A program made the position numbers and the translations under genes. From assembly GCA_905178155.1 (NCBI GenBank), contig CAJINV010000002.1, positions 12,471,621 to 12,535,620 on the forward strand: a DNA stretch of 64,000 nt, given 5' to 3'. Position 1 is the first letter of the stretch. Each line of letters starts with the position of its first letter. Shown here in pieces: positions 22,917 to 34,500 of this stretch. The notes beneath the pieces were generated by a model. The model saw nothing but the letters and a program-made list of their open reading frames with translations, was not told the origin of the DNA and made no database searches. Source of the stretch: Amoebophrya sp. A120. Taxonomy: Eukaryota > Protista > Dinoflagellata.

Positions 22917-25900
22917 TTACCGCATGGTTTTGAGTTTCTCTACCGCTTTGTCGTAAAACTGCGTTTTGTAATCTACGCCAACCGGGTACTTTTTACACTC
23001 CCACCACGCACCGGCCGCGGCGTTAATCGGTCCCATCGCAGAGATCAGCGACCGCGAGTGATCCGACGAAATGTCGCACCGGCCTGCCATCGCGGCGGAG
23101 ATCCCGTTCCCCTCTTGCAGCGTGACGCTGATTTGCGTCCTTGGCTCCAACGTCGGCTCGCTGTACTCCAGGACAAAGACGTCGTCCCGGCCCTCCAGGT
23201 TCGCGCCGCCCTCAAACCACAGCTCCAGGTTCGCGTCCTTCTGCACGAGAAAGGTGTAGCCCTGCGGTCGCACCATGTGCTGGCAGCCGCCGGCGTCGTT
23301 GTTGCAACCCGGGGTGATGATCCCGCCGGACCACCCCTTGCTGTTGCCCCAGAACGGAACGTCGTACTGCTTGTCCCCAGATGACCCCAAAGACGAACTG
23401 GTGTCCCCAGAACCGCCCCCGTTCTTCACTTTCAAAGTGCCCCGATTCGGGGTGTAGATCCGGACGATCCGGAGCTCTAACTCGGCCGGACATTCGTGGA
23501 AATCGCCCTCGGTTTTGCATCCGCTCGTGTCGTATCAAATGCAAAAATGTCTGGGTCTGGAAACTTGTGATGCTGGGTGGCGTATCATGAGGAGGCCACA
23601 AGTGCTGGCTCAGCGTGACAAGTTTCTAAGCTTCTAGGTGTTGCCTATTCTGCATGACAAACTACGTTTCTGCATCACAGAAAAGTGCGGCTCTTGGGTA
23701 ATGTGCATGACAGATTCAAGAGTCATGTCAGACAAGCATGACAAACTTGCATTCTTCCAGACCCAGACATTTTTGCATTTGATATGTCGAACACCCGCGC
23801 CGCGTCCTGGTTCATCAAAAACTTGTCCTTCAGCAGAATCAGCGCGTCCGATCTCCCGCGGTCCCGCGGGTGCTGCGACCACCACTTCACCCAGGGGCTA
23901 CTGAACGTGCTCAAAGCCGCCCCGGTGGGCGCGCCATAGAATTCCGCCCCCCGATAGTCGAAGTGGCTCGCGCACATCCCGCCCGTGTCTTCGGGATCGT
24001 TGAGGTTGCAGTGGTGATTGAAAGACACGGTCATGTCGTTCCACTGGTTGTCCTCAGCGGAGGAGTAGAACCGCGACCCCGGGAATTCCAGATGCCCGCT
24101 GCCGCCCGGACCCTCCATCTGCTGGTTGTTGGCCATGAACACGCAGTTCTTGCAGAAGGGCGCCACACCCAGCCCCCGCCGGTAGGTTTTCCAGTAGAAC
24201 CCCTTCAGATTCCCAAACGCCACGAAATTCTCGAACGCAATGTCCCCCATACTGTAAGAGCCCGCACCGAAATCCTGGAAGGCTTCCAAGTGGTTCAGGA
24301 CGAGAATGGGGCTGCCCTGGTCGTTGCCCTCGCGGTCGAAGGGCAGGCAACTTCCCCAATTGGACACGAACCCGTTTGCATCCGTCTCCACCCTCCGCGG
24401 CCAGTGGTTGTTCGTGCCGTACCAACCGAATCCGTTATTGTTGTGGAAACTGTTGTTTTCGAAGCGCGCGAACGGGAGATTTTGCTGGCAGATTTTGCCC
24501 TGCGCGGCGTCGATGCCGAAGCCGCCCGGACCGCCCTGGTTGTTGGCGTAGAAGGCGTTCTCGTGGCCCACGATGTGGTTGCCGATGATGTGCTGCGTTG
24601 GGGAAACGAGGTACATCGCGGATTGCTCCTTAAAGTCACTATCCACCGTCTCGGGCACGTTCCCGCCTTTGTCCAGGCCACAAGTGGCCTTCCACGTGCA
24701 GATCAGCAGGTTGTTGCGGATCAGGTTCATTTTCTCGTTCCCATCCTCGACGTACACCGAAACGCCCTTCACGTTTACGACGATGTTCCCATGCACAAGT
24801 GCGTTTTGCGTTCCGTGGATGGTGATGCCCTTCCCGGTGCCCGCCTCGACCACGTTGCCGACGAAGCGGCACCCCGGGCAGTCGCCGACCTTGTGGAAAT
24901 GCAGGCAGTAGTCGCCGCGGTACCGCCGCCCACAGTTTTCGACGCGCGTGTGCGAGATCTCCATCACACCTCCTGGGCTCGACCCCGAACTCGCCATCTG
25001 CATGGTGGTCAGTCCCTGCGCACCCTTGTTCGAGTCACCACCCGTGTACCAGTGGTACGGCCCGGTGATCAGGAGGTCGCGGGACAGGTTCCCGACCTCC
25101 GACTGCAAGGGGACCAAATCGAGAATCCACTTGCCGCGCTTCAATCGGTTCAGCCCCTGATCGAATGCAATTTTGCAGTACGTCGTGGAACACTGCGGCG
25201 TTTCGTCCCTCCCGCGCCCCTTCTGGCTCCAGCAGATCTCGGGTCCGTTCGTAACGCGGTCGACTTTGGTCAGCGTTCGCTTTTCGCTCTCGCTGTCCTC
25301 GCCCTGGTTGCGCGCGCCCGGGCCCAAATGCTCGCCACCGGTGGCGCCGAAGATCAGCGAGTCCCCCTCTTTCCAATTGGCGCACTCCAAAACGGTTGCG
25401 GTCGTCGCCCCCGCAGCGGCGTCCTCGACCAGCAACGACCAGGAGGTCTTCGGCTTCCCGTACAACTTTACGATGCCGCCGTCGCTGATCAAGTTTCCCT
25501 TTTGCAAACACGCGTCCGGACGAGGATTCGGGTCGAAGCCGCAAAAATCGTGGTTGAGGATGATCTTCACGTCGGAGACGGAATTTTGCTCGTCCGTGCC
25601 CGCAAGCAGGACGCCACTGGCCGCGACATTTATCGACGACGCTTCCACAGTCACCCCGGACTCAATCTCCAGTAGGCCCGCAATGTCGATCGCGTCATTC
25701 TTGCACTTGTCGAACGTGTCGCCCTGTTTCAAGGTGACGCAGACCCCGACGTCGATCCGACAGGGAGCGTTGGCTGCACCCTCGATCCTCTGCCCGGTGC
25801 ACAACGCGTTTTTGTCCACTACCCGAGGCGGCGTGGTGGTTGTCGAGGTCTGCGTCTGCCCATCCAATGCAACGCCTACATCCTGCACCTGGCCGCCTGG

Positions 25901-26746
25901 CGTCATCCCGACAAGGCCCGGTGGAACCCCAGAACCTGTACCGCCTTCTTCCGCAAGCACGCCAAACGCTAACGGCAGGGACGGGGGTGCTGAAGTGTCA
26001 TCTGCACACTTTGTTTTCCTTTTGCTCAAAAAAGAGACGCCACTTTTTCGGTGCCGCTCAGGTGCGGCACGCCCCTTCCTTGTTCTGTGAGGACTGCCTG
26101 CATTTTCAGAATCTTGTTGTTTTTCGCCTCGCACTGTTTCTCTCGCATTCATAGGCGCACTGGCTCGTAGTGGTTCCCTGATCGTCTTGCCACCTCGTGA
26201 GGACAAAAACGATAGCTGTGAAAAGCCGGACCCGCTAGTACTGGTGCCAGAAGTAGGTGATAGAGAATCGTCTGAATCTTTCTGCTGATTAGTCCGCGAC
26301 CCTAGCGGCGCAGACCCAGCGGTAGCGAAAATGTCGTCGTAAGTTTTTTCCCTCTCGGCCAACGGCATCTTGCAGCTACGCTCATGCATGTAGCACTGAA
26401 ATTTGGTGCAGTATCCCTTCGCCCCGTGAAACTTGATGCAGTTTTGCAGGCATTTTGTGCAGCTCTCGCGGGACCAAGTGTCCGTCGCTGCTGCTGTGTG
26501 TTCCATGATTTGGCTTTGATCTTCTACCTGTTTAGGGCCATTTTTCCCGAGCTGCTTCTCCCGGTCATTCAAGAACTCGCTCGCTATGTAGCTGTGGTCT
26601 TCGTCGGTTCGACCGCTCGAAAGCGCATCCGGTCCCGCTGTAGTGGATTCTGTCCCGCTACCGCTTGAGGTGTCCGCGAGGGACCTGCATCTGGTCCGGC
26701 CAATGATCCCCACACCGAAAGCACAAAAGCGCAGGATTCGTCGCAT
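22917..26746 (-). CDS. G8-domain / parallel beta-helix protein (CEMIP/TMEM2/fibrocystin-like), interrupted by a family A element
   Basis: SEVGNLSRDLLITG, YCLHFH, GITIHGT and YVEDGNE motifs. ORFs 23723-26869 and 22917-23435 fuse in frame (RVFDTSGCKTEG...IYTPNRGTLKVKN) after removing 257 nt. Start uncertain. Confidence 0.82.
23533..23784. mobile_element. Introner/MITE-like element, family A copy 2 (252 bp), opposite orientation to copy 1
   Basis: Perfect 30-bp TIR; TSD TGTCG at 23528-23532 and 23785-23789; reverse complement is collinear with 6303-6554 (about 23 substitutions by hand count, no indels). Confidence 0.94.
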
Positions 26747-27450
26747 GCCGGGCAAAATCCCACGCTCTGTGTTAACCATCTTAGTAAAAGTATTGTTTAC
26801 CACGATAAAATTCAAATAAACAGCTGAAAAACGAAGACGATAGTGATGAAAAATTAAAGCGAGACGCACAAATGGAAAAATGTAAGTAAACCCAAGCTAT
26901 GACTGCTTCCAACTGAAAAATTGTGCTTCGGGTGTCACATCCAACAAAGCATCCTGCGTATCTATTTAAATTTGCGTAATTGGTTTCACTGATGAATACA
27001 ATTCGTATTTGAAAGAACGACACGATCGCAACACCAACAGCAAAAGCACAATTAGAAAACGATGATGAAGAACGACAAATGCGCACGAGAAAATGGACGG
27101 GGCGGACGCAGAGATCGATGCACATGGAACGAATGATGCATGTTCGCGCCTGCAAAAAAAACGATTGACGATTTCTATTTGTATTTTCAAACAAGGACGA
27201 GGAAAAGATATGCACGACGTAGAGGACGCAGCTGAAAGCACTTGTAGTACTTAACTAAGCATCCATGTAAGTAAATTGCAGAGAAGTCAACGTTACCGAT
27301 GCAAGCGCGCGCGGGAAGCGAGTGGAAAAATACGCGCAGGCGATAGCCATTTGGCCAACATGCTCCAGCTCGAGCTCCTTTTGTTTCGCTGTACTTCATT
27401 TGCTCTTTTTAATACGCGTTCGTGAGATAAAACTTAGACTTCAAGTTCAA

Positions 27451-29019
27451 TCAGAGAAAAAGTTTTGTCGCCTGCGCTTTGAAAACGCGCAGTGCACTGT
27501 TTTCGCCCGCGGTCATGAAAGGCAGTGCGGGCAGCGCCTGTTTTGGCGTATGTGAGAGTGAGGCGTCCACTGGATCGTGACCTCCAACCGGTGTGGTGGT
27601 TGTCCTGCCGCTACTGGCGTCGTCCGACTTGCGCCCGATAAAGCTTTTGTCCGGGACGCAAACAAAGTTCACATCGTTCCGGTTCGCACTGGCCGTGTTC
27701 TCTTCCAGGTTCTCTACCACGCGATTGATTTCGGCGACTTGGTTGCGCGGCCGGTCGCCCACCGTCAAAACCAGCTTCCGTGCACCATCCCGTGTCCGAA
27801 AGTAAAGCGGTTGGCTCTCCCACTGCCGCCGGTTCCAGTTGAACATGCTTTTGTCTCGATACCCCGCGATAATCCGCGGTCCGCGCACGATCCGCAGCTC
27901 GCGAACCTCCTCCTCGTTCGCCCTTGCGGCGGCTTCTGCGGCCTCCCGACGCGCCTGCGTCCCGATGGACTTATAGCCCGTTTTCGAGGCACCTGCGCCA
28001 ACACCGGCCGTCGCTATCGGTTGCAGATTGTTCACCCTCTCCGCGACCTCCTCCTCGTCCAGCTTCCACCTCGTGCCAGTTTTAACCATCACCGCCGTGG
28101 GCTCGCCCTCCGGTAACGATTCGTCGAGAATGCAGCCGTGCGCCTCCTGGCTTTGCGCTTCAAATCTCATAGCCTTCTTCAACGCGACGTAACTGCACGT
28201 GCCTTCGCCAGCCGCGTCCATCGAGCCGTCGCTCCGCGTGCACAACCGCTTGAACACCTCTACGCCCCTCCTCTCGCAGTAGCGGTCCTCTACGTGCAGA
28301 CGCGCGCACGCCCCGTGTCCGGGAACGAGCTCGTGGTAGTTGCTTTCGCCGTTGTTGAGAAAGTTCGGCCCGCGAAACTTCATTTGCTTCAGCTTGATCA
28401 GCGGCAGCACATCCTGCACCGTCCGGCCAGGCACAGGGTGCGGACCCGCTTGTTCTGCTGCCGCTTGGTGGTCAACAGCATTTGGGTCCTCGACGGCAAA
28501 CGCGGTTTCATTGTGAGGTCTCTTGTTGTTCCCCTCCTGGGAGGACTGTGGGCTGCCAGCAGCACTGTGGTCTTTATTACCCACCAGCTCGGTGAACGCA
28601 CTACCCACTCCTTTTTTCCCGTTCTGCATGGCATTGCTCAAAGCTTTCTGGCTAAGCGCGTTCGTAAGAATCAAGTTATCCAACGGATCGTCCGGCTTGA
28701 ATTCGTCATAGGACACTCCGGCCGCGCGTTTTTGTTCAAAACTGCTTGCGGCCTCGCCCTCCGCAACATGTAGTGGCGGCTTCCGTGTGCACTCCCAGAG
28801 GTAGTCGGTCGCCAAGGCCAGCGCCCCACCGAGCTTCTGGTGCTTGCAGATCCAGTCCTCATCTTCGTAGACAGGGGCTTGACTGCTGAAAGAAACCGGG
28901 TCCTCCTCAAATCGTGTGAGTTCCAAACTGTGCTTGCCAAAGTTCACGCTGCGGCAGCCCTGAAAGTCGAAATCTAACCTCACTGGCCAGCCGCCGATGA
29001 GTCCATCTTCGGCTGGCAT
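27451..29019 (-). CDS. Hypothetical protein (522 aa)
   Basis: Long ATG-initiated ORF, co-oriented with neighbours; no motif recognised. Confidence 0.7.
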   Translation of the reverse strand: MPAEDGLIGGWPVRLDFDFQGCRSVNFGKHSLELTRFEEDPVSFSSQAPVYEDEDWICKHQKLGGALALATDYLWECTRKPPLHVAEGEAASSFEQKRAAGVSYDEFKPDDPLDNLILTNALSQKALSNAMQNGKKGVGSAFTELVGNKDHSAAGSPQSSQEGNNKRPHNETAFAVEDPNAVDHQAAAEQAGPHPVPGRTVQDVLPLIKLKQMKFRGPNFLNNGESNYHELVPGHGACARLHVEDRYCERRGVEVFKRLCTRSDGSMDAAGEGTCSYVALKKAMRFEAQSQEAHGCILDESLPEGEPTAVMVKTGTRWKLDEEEVAERVNNLQPIATAGVGAGASKTGYKSIGTQARREAAEAAARANEEEVRELRIVRGPRIIAGYRDKSMFNWNRRQWESQPLYFRTRDGARKLVLTVGDRPRNQVAEINRVVENLEENTASANRNDVNFVCVPDKSFIGRKSDDASSGRTTTTPVGGHDPVDASLSHTPKQALPALPFMTAGENSALRVFKAQATKLFL

Positions 29020-29387
29020 CTCCTATTAGATCATCACCGTCCGTCGCCGTCCTTGTGCTTCATCGCGCTGATTTACATTTTTCTGGTGACTGTCTGTCAT
29101 TACTTGTACTTTTTGCTGCGGTGGATGTGCTGTTCGAAGTTTCGATTCTTTGCCGAGCGGCGAAATGATGAGGTGGAAGGATGGATCATAGGTACAGAAC
29201 TCGTACGCGACGAGTCACAGTCATTCTTCATCCAGCCGATCACGACGATGTCTCAGGTACAATGGCGAGGAGTTTCTGTCCCGCACGACGAAATGAACGA
29301 CAAGGAAGAGCGATGCGACGATTTCGATAATCACTTAGCTGAGCATGAACAATGGTCTCGCGAATGATATCGAATGTTACGGCTTCA

Positions 29388-30842
29388 TCACGACGGCTCA
29401 CAGGTCCTCGCTGCTTCGAGCCAGTCCAAGTGGCAGGCTCGGCTTTCAGGGTCTTCTTGCCCCCGCTGAAACCGAACGATTTCATACTTCAGTCGCAGCC
29501 AGAACGCCAAAACTCTGTTCTTTTCCAAGAGCTGTGCTCCTCTTCGCAGCCTAGTCGTAGGCGTGGTTTTTTCACAGCCGCTTGTTGGGTCTATTTCGCT
29601 TGCAGCATTATTTTCCCAGAGGAGCAGCACCGAATCCGCAAGCTCCTCGAAAACAGGGAACAAGTGCCGAAGCTTCTCACCGTAGAATAGCAGTTCAAAA
29701 ATTTCGCGCGCTAGAAGGTCCGTTCGACGAGCCTGGTGCAGTAAAGCATCACCGATGCTGCACTTCTTGCTGCTGCTACCAACCATCAAGACGGCCGCTA
29801 TCTCATCGTCAGTAGGGAGCTCCTGCCACTTTGCTATGACTTTTTCTCGGTTCCGGTCGCTCGTTGTAGTGGACACACAGCAGACCGGACAGGCACAGGG
29901 TTTTCCGAACGAGAATCGCAAATAAGACTGCCGCACTGAATGGCTCTGCAGGATCAGAGCGCTGTCGAGCGACACAAAGGAGCCGCCGTCTTTCTCACAG
30001 CTTTGCAAACCCAAATAGTCAATGAAGATCTCCTCCCCACTGGCGAGGTCGCGGGTGGCTTTTACGCATTTCAGCGACCACTGGTCGTGGCCTTCAAACT
30101 CCTGCAATCGGGCAGTAATGTCAGGATCTGCAGCAGCGTTTGGGGCACAGGAGTGGTTGAAGCGACTGATCTTCTCGTACACACAGCCCGGTGAAGTGCC
30201 AAAAACATTTGAGAAAAATACCCCAGCCGGTGTTTTTTTGATACTGTCGGTCCGAGCATTAATATCCCGCACGCTCCACTGCCCGTCACTCCTCGCAGAA
30301 GCGTCCTCAACCTGCTCCACAGTTGCCATAGTAGAAGCATTCACCTGTCGAGAGTGCCACTGGCGCAGGTCCCCTGACGCATCATGAAGCTGCAAGAACC
30401 GCGACTTCTTGTCTTCGGTAAGCGCAGCGTAGTACTTGTCAATCAGAGAGGCATTGGCACGGATCTTTTCCAGTTTTGTCCAAGAAGTACGCACCAGCCC
30501 ATGTTCCTGTCCATCTTCTGGTGTTCCAGCATGTATATTCCCCAACTTCACCTGCTTGTCGTCGACATCATTCCTCGTCCTATCGAGCTTCAAATCTGAA
30601 ATTGCTAGCAGCGGCGCCTCGCACAGAATCAAGGAGCCACATCTTATGTTCCTTTTCGCGAATACACCAAGACCACCGGCGGAAGACTCGCGCACTTCCC
30701 AGTCGACGTTCTCCTTCAATGCGCCAAAAAGCGTAGGATTCGAGCGTTCTCTTTCCAAACCGGCACCGAACCAGAAACTGCCATCATGATCATCATCATT
30801 AGATGTCAATGACTTTTCTGGAAAGTAAAAGTGGTCAGCCAT
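29388..30842 (-). CDS. SET-domain protein (SMYD/SET5-like)
   Basis: GLGVFAKRNI, SRFNHSCAPNA, EEIFIDY and post-SET CACPVC. Confidence 0.88.
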   Translation of the reverse strand: MADHFYFPEKSLTSNDDDHDGSFWFGAGLERERSNPTLFGALKENVDWEVRESSAGGLGVFAKRNIRCGSLILCEAPLLAISDLKLDRTRNDVDDKQVKLGNIHAGTPEDGQEHGLVRTSWTKLEKIRANASLIDKYYAALTEDKKSRFLQLHDASGDLRQWHSRQVNASTMATVEQVEDASARSDGQWSVRDINARTDSIKKTPAGVFFSNVFGTSPGCVYEKISRFNHSCAPNAAADPDITARLQEFEGHDQWSLKCVKATRDLASGEEIFIDYLGLQSCEKDGGSFVSLDSALILQSHSVRQSYLRFSFGKPCACPVCCVSTTTSDRNREKVIAKWQELPTDDEIAAVLMVGSSSKKCSIGDALLHQARRTDLLAREIFELLFYGEKLRHLFPVFEELADSVLLLWENNAASEIDPTSGCEKTTPTTRLRRGAQLLEKNRVLAFWLRLKYEIVRFQRGQEDPESRACHLDWLEAARTCEPS

Positions 30843-31540
30843 GTGTGTCTTGTGGTGTGGACGTTCCAACTTTTACATGAAATGTTCACATATGAATTCG
30901 AATTCCGACACTGTTTTGTGCTCGAGCTCTAACTGGACTGAGAACATTGAGAACCAAGGAAAAGTTGTTGTACGAAAACGAAAGGAACAAAATAGCAGAA
31001 AAAAACTATAGTAGAAATAAAGTACATTTTCATCAACGGATCCAAACACGTCGACAAAAGCAAAACAGACATCGAGAACCAGGAAAAAAATGTATGTTGT
31101 TCTTGAATTTGGTTATTTTTTGTGCTCTAGAAGATCGTTCTATGCGACTCGGACTCAGTACTTCTATGTATTTGGGGTTGATGAACACAAACACCTTCGT
31201 CGGATCGACACAAGATTTGCGTTAGATTAAGTAAAAGCGAGTGCAGTCTGCAGTCTGGTGCACCTGTAGCTTTTTTGTTAAAGTTACATAATTTCTGCAG
31301 CCCGGTACAGGTTCCCAAACTTCTGACTAGATCGTGATGCAGAGGGCGTTGCGTTATCTCCTCTTCTGTCATGCTTTCAATCGTCCCGAGTCATTTGACT
31401 TTTGTTCATTTAAAAAATCAGCTCGTAGAAGTACAAAGAAAAATTCACGCGGTTTATTTCGATCCGCTTGATCAGATTTCACCGCGGGCAGCGATAACCA
31501 GCCTGAGTCTGCTGCCGAATGAAGCACGTGACAGACGCCT

Positions 31541-34500
31541 TCAGTTGACCCTTACGGATGGTGGCTTCACACCATTCTTCTTCCCCGTCGAGGGCGGAGC
31601 GTGGAGGACGCCTTTGTGCTTGCCAGCCTGGGCAGCTGCGTAGCGGTTTAGCACCTCCTCTGCCTCTTTCCCGCCCCAGCGCACGCCAAGGACGCGGCCG
31701 TGCTTTTCCTGTTCGTCCATCAGCTTCTTGTCAAATTCCGTGTGGTCGGGCCAACCGATGTAGAAGCCCTGCTTACTCACGTAGTTCAGGAACGCAGCGT
31801 ACTCCGGACACCCGTAGGGAATGATGACGTCGGGGTCGTTTGGATCGAAAAACTCCATCAGCAGCTTGATGTGGTCAGGCGCGTCCGGAATCGTCTCGCC
31901 GTCGGGGCGCTGGACGACCCGCACTTCCCACTCGCGCTCGACAACCTGTTCATCCGGGCCCCACAGCTCCTGGTAGACCGGCTCTTCTACCGGCGGGGAC
32001 GAGGCACCGGCAGCTGCGTACTGTGGCATACTTGTTTGCGGAAGAAAATGCAAGGTTGGTGCGCCAGTGCCAGCTACTTGAACCTGCTGCTGGGCGGCAT
32101 TCAGTTGTAGAGTGCCGTTGTTCAGCAGTGGGTTTGATTGTATAATCGATGGCGCCACTTTTGGCCGTCCTCGTTTGTTAGCAGTACTGTTGGCACTCCT
32201 GAGCTGTTCCTGTTGCTGCTGAAACTCCGCAGCTACCGCGTCCTGTTGCGCGTTTCTTTGTTGCCGCTGCGTCAGTTGCTGCCCGTCTTCGCCGCGTTGT
32301 CTCTTGGCGAACCGCTCGGACGCTGCGCTTACTACAGGCGCACTTTGCTTGGTCTTCGCCTTTGCTTTGCTTTTGTTGTTCGCACCGACCGTGCTGCTCG
32401 CCGCGGTAGCTGTTCCCGTTTGTTGTAAGGCTGGCGACTTCGGTTTCACGCCGACGCCGGGCGGCGCTTGTTCCGGCTTGACCGCGCCATGCTCGAGCAG
32501 CCACCGCACGGCTCCCACCTGTTTCGAGTCACATGCCGCCACTAGCGGCGTCGCCGGTTCGGCGGAACGGTCCACCTGGTTAACCAGCCAGAGTTGCGCC
32601 GCGGTGAGCCCCGCTCGTACTGTAACTGCACCACCAGCCGCTGCCTTCTGGAGTATGCCTTCGTGACCCGCTTTCTTGGCGGTGCTCGTCCATCCTAGTT
32701 TCAGCGAAACCCCGTCTACGGCGTCGATCGTCGCTGACCGCTCTTGAGATTCGACGAACAACTTAGGTTGCGTCAACATTGACGACTGCGCAGTTGCTGG
32801 AGGTGGCCCAAGCCTCGAAGTTGCGCTGCTGGCCGCTGCTACTGCTGTCGCTGCGCTAGATAGACCCGCTTCAAGTTTTCGTCGCTTCGCGCTCACGACT
32901 GACGCGTCATCAGCAAGGGCAGGGCTGATTTGGTCCTGTCGAGGTGTAGGAGGCCGCGTACCCCCCGCTGTCAAGCTTGGCACGAAGACCGGCGGAGGCA
33001 ACATTCGGGCACGGGCTTCGAACTGTTTGCGTCCGTCGGCAGTGGCGGCAAAGTCCAACAACACTTGCATCACCGCTGTAGCTCCGCGTTCCGCCGCCAG
33101 AAAAAGTGCCGATCGCGACAGTGTGTGGTCCAGGCGAAAGAGGTCCACACGGCAACGAGGGTCTTCGTTTTTCAGCAGCCACTCCACAAGCTGTGCGCCC
33201 TTTTTGTGTTGACCTTGTATGGACGATTTCTGCTGTGCCGTTGCTTTCTCATCCAGCACCGGGAGCAGGCTTACCGCGAGGTGCAACAGGGTTCCACCAC
33301 CACAGTTCGAATTTTCTTGAGGAACAGTGCTCCCAGGTGGCGCGGTGAAGTTGTGAATGTCCAGAAGGCAACCAAGGCTCGGCAAGTACTGCTCCGATTC
33401 TGTCGGAGATGGTTTCGTAAGCTGGCCCAGACCCAGTCTTGCGCCGAGCAGACCCGAAAAAGATGTCGGGACCGCGATCTTCTTTTCGAGCAAGCTGCGC
33501 ATTTGCTCCGCGCATTGGCGTAAGAGAGAGGAATCTGGGTCGTTGTTTGCAGCGGTTGCCGTGCCAGTGGTCGGGCTTGCTGTAGACGCGGTTTTTGTAT
33601 AGAAGCTGGAAACAGCTCCCGTAGCCATCTTCCATAGCGCTGGCATCTCGATATCGATTATTTTTTTCAGTTCGGCTTTAATGAGGTCGGTTAGCTTATT
33701 CCTGGAATCCGGCTCCAGCTTCTTTAGACACGCCCGGTCCCTTGTCCGGGAGGTTACGAGGCCCGGCACTGCGCCGCGCAGCAGCAAGTGCACCACGCTT
33801 TCCGCTGCAATATCGTCTGGAATCCCGGTCCGCGACAGGCTGTTGAGCGCGCTCACGATTGGCGTAGCGCCTACTGCCGCGCGCGTGTTCACACTCATTT
33901 CCTCGAGGAGGACGTCAATCTTCGACAGGTGCGCCTTTTGAGGATGGCAGAGGAATTCTAGCTTGTGGCACCGAGCTTGAGCGAGGGCTAGTTCTGGTGA
34001 TTGTACGCCGCCGCGGCGCTTGCTGGCGTCAAGAAAGTACCGCTTCACGTGCGCTTTCACATTCCGGAACTCGTAACCGACAAACAGATCCGGATCGTGC
34101 GCCACTTTTCCAAAGTAACTCGTCCAATGCAATGCGCTAAACGCCGCGCTGCCAATCGCCGACACGACGAATGCGAAGTTAACGTCTTGTGTGGGGAAGT
34201 GCCGCAGCATCCAGTGCAGGTGCTGCCACCGGGACACATGCACCGCAGGCACCGTGCCGGCGCGCCGAGGGGTCAACAATAAAGCCTCGGGGGCCGGCTC
34301 CGGCTCCTCCTTCTTACTTTCCGCTATTACAGGGGTCGTGGCCGCAGTGGCTGCTGCTTTCACTTCCTTTCTCCACGTGTCTCTTAGGTCGTTGTGCTGC
34401 TTTTTGAAAGTGGCTCGAGTCTCGTCCGGCGTCTCGTCTTTATTCGTACCCCGAAACCGGTCGGTCTTGATCAGGGACTCAGTCACGTGATTGGTCCACT

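Noticed and set aside
23870-25675. 601-aa plus-strand ORF (and other long plus-strand ORFs)
   Set aside because: Antisense shadows of GC-rich minus-strand genes with no recognisable motifs.
33618-33633. CCCGTAGCCATC resembling the start of the dinoflagellate spliced leader
   Set aside because: Only about 10 nt match, antisense within a coding exon.
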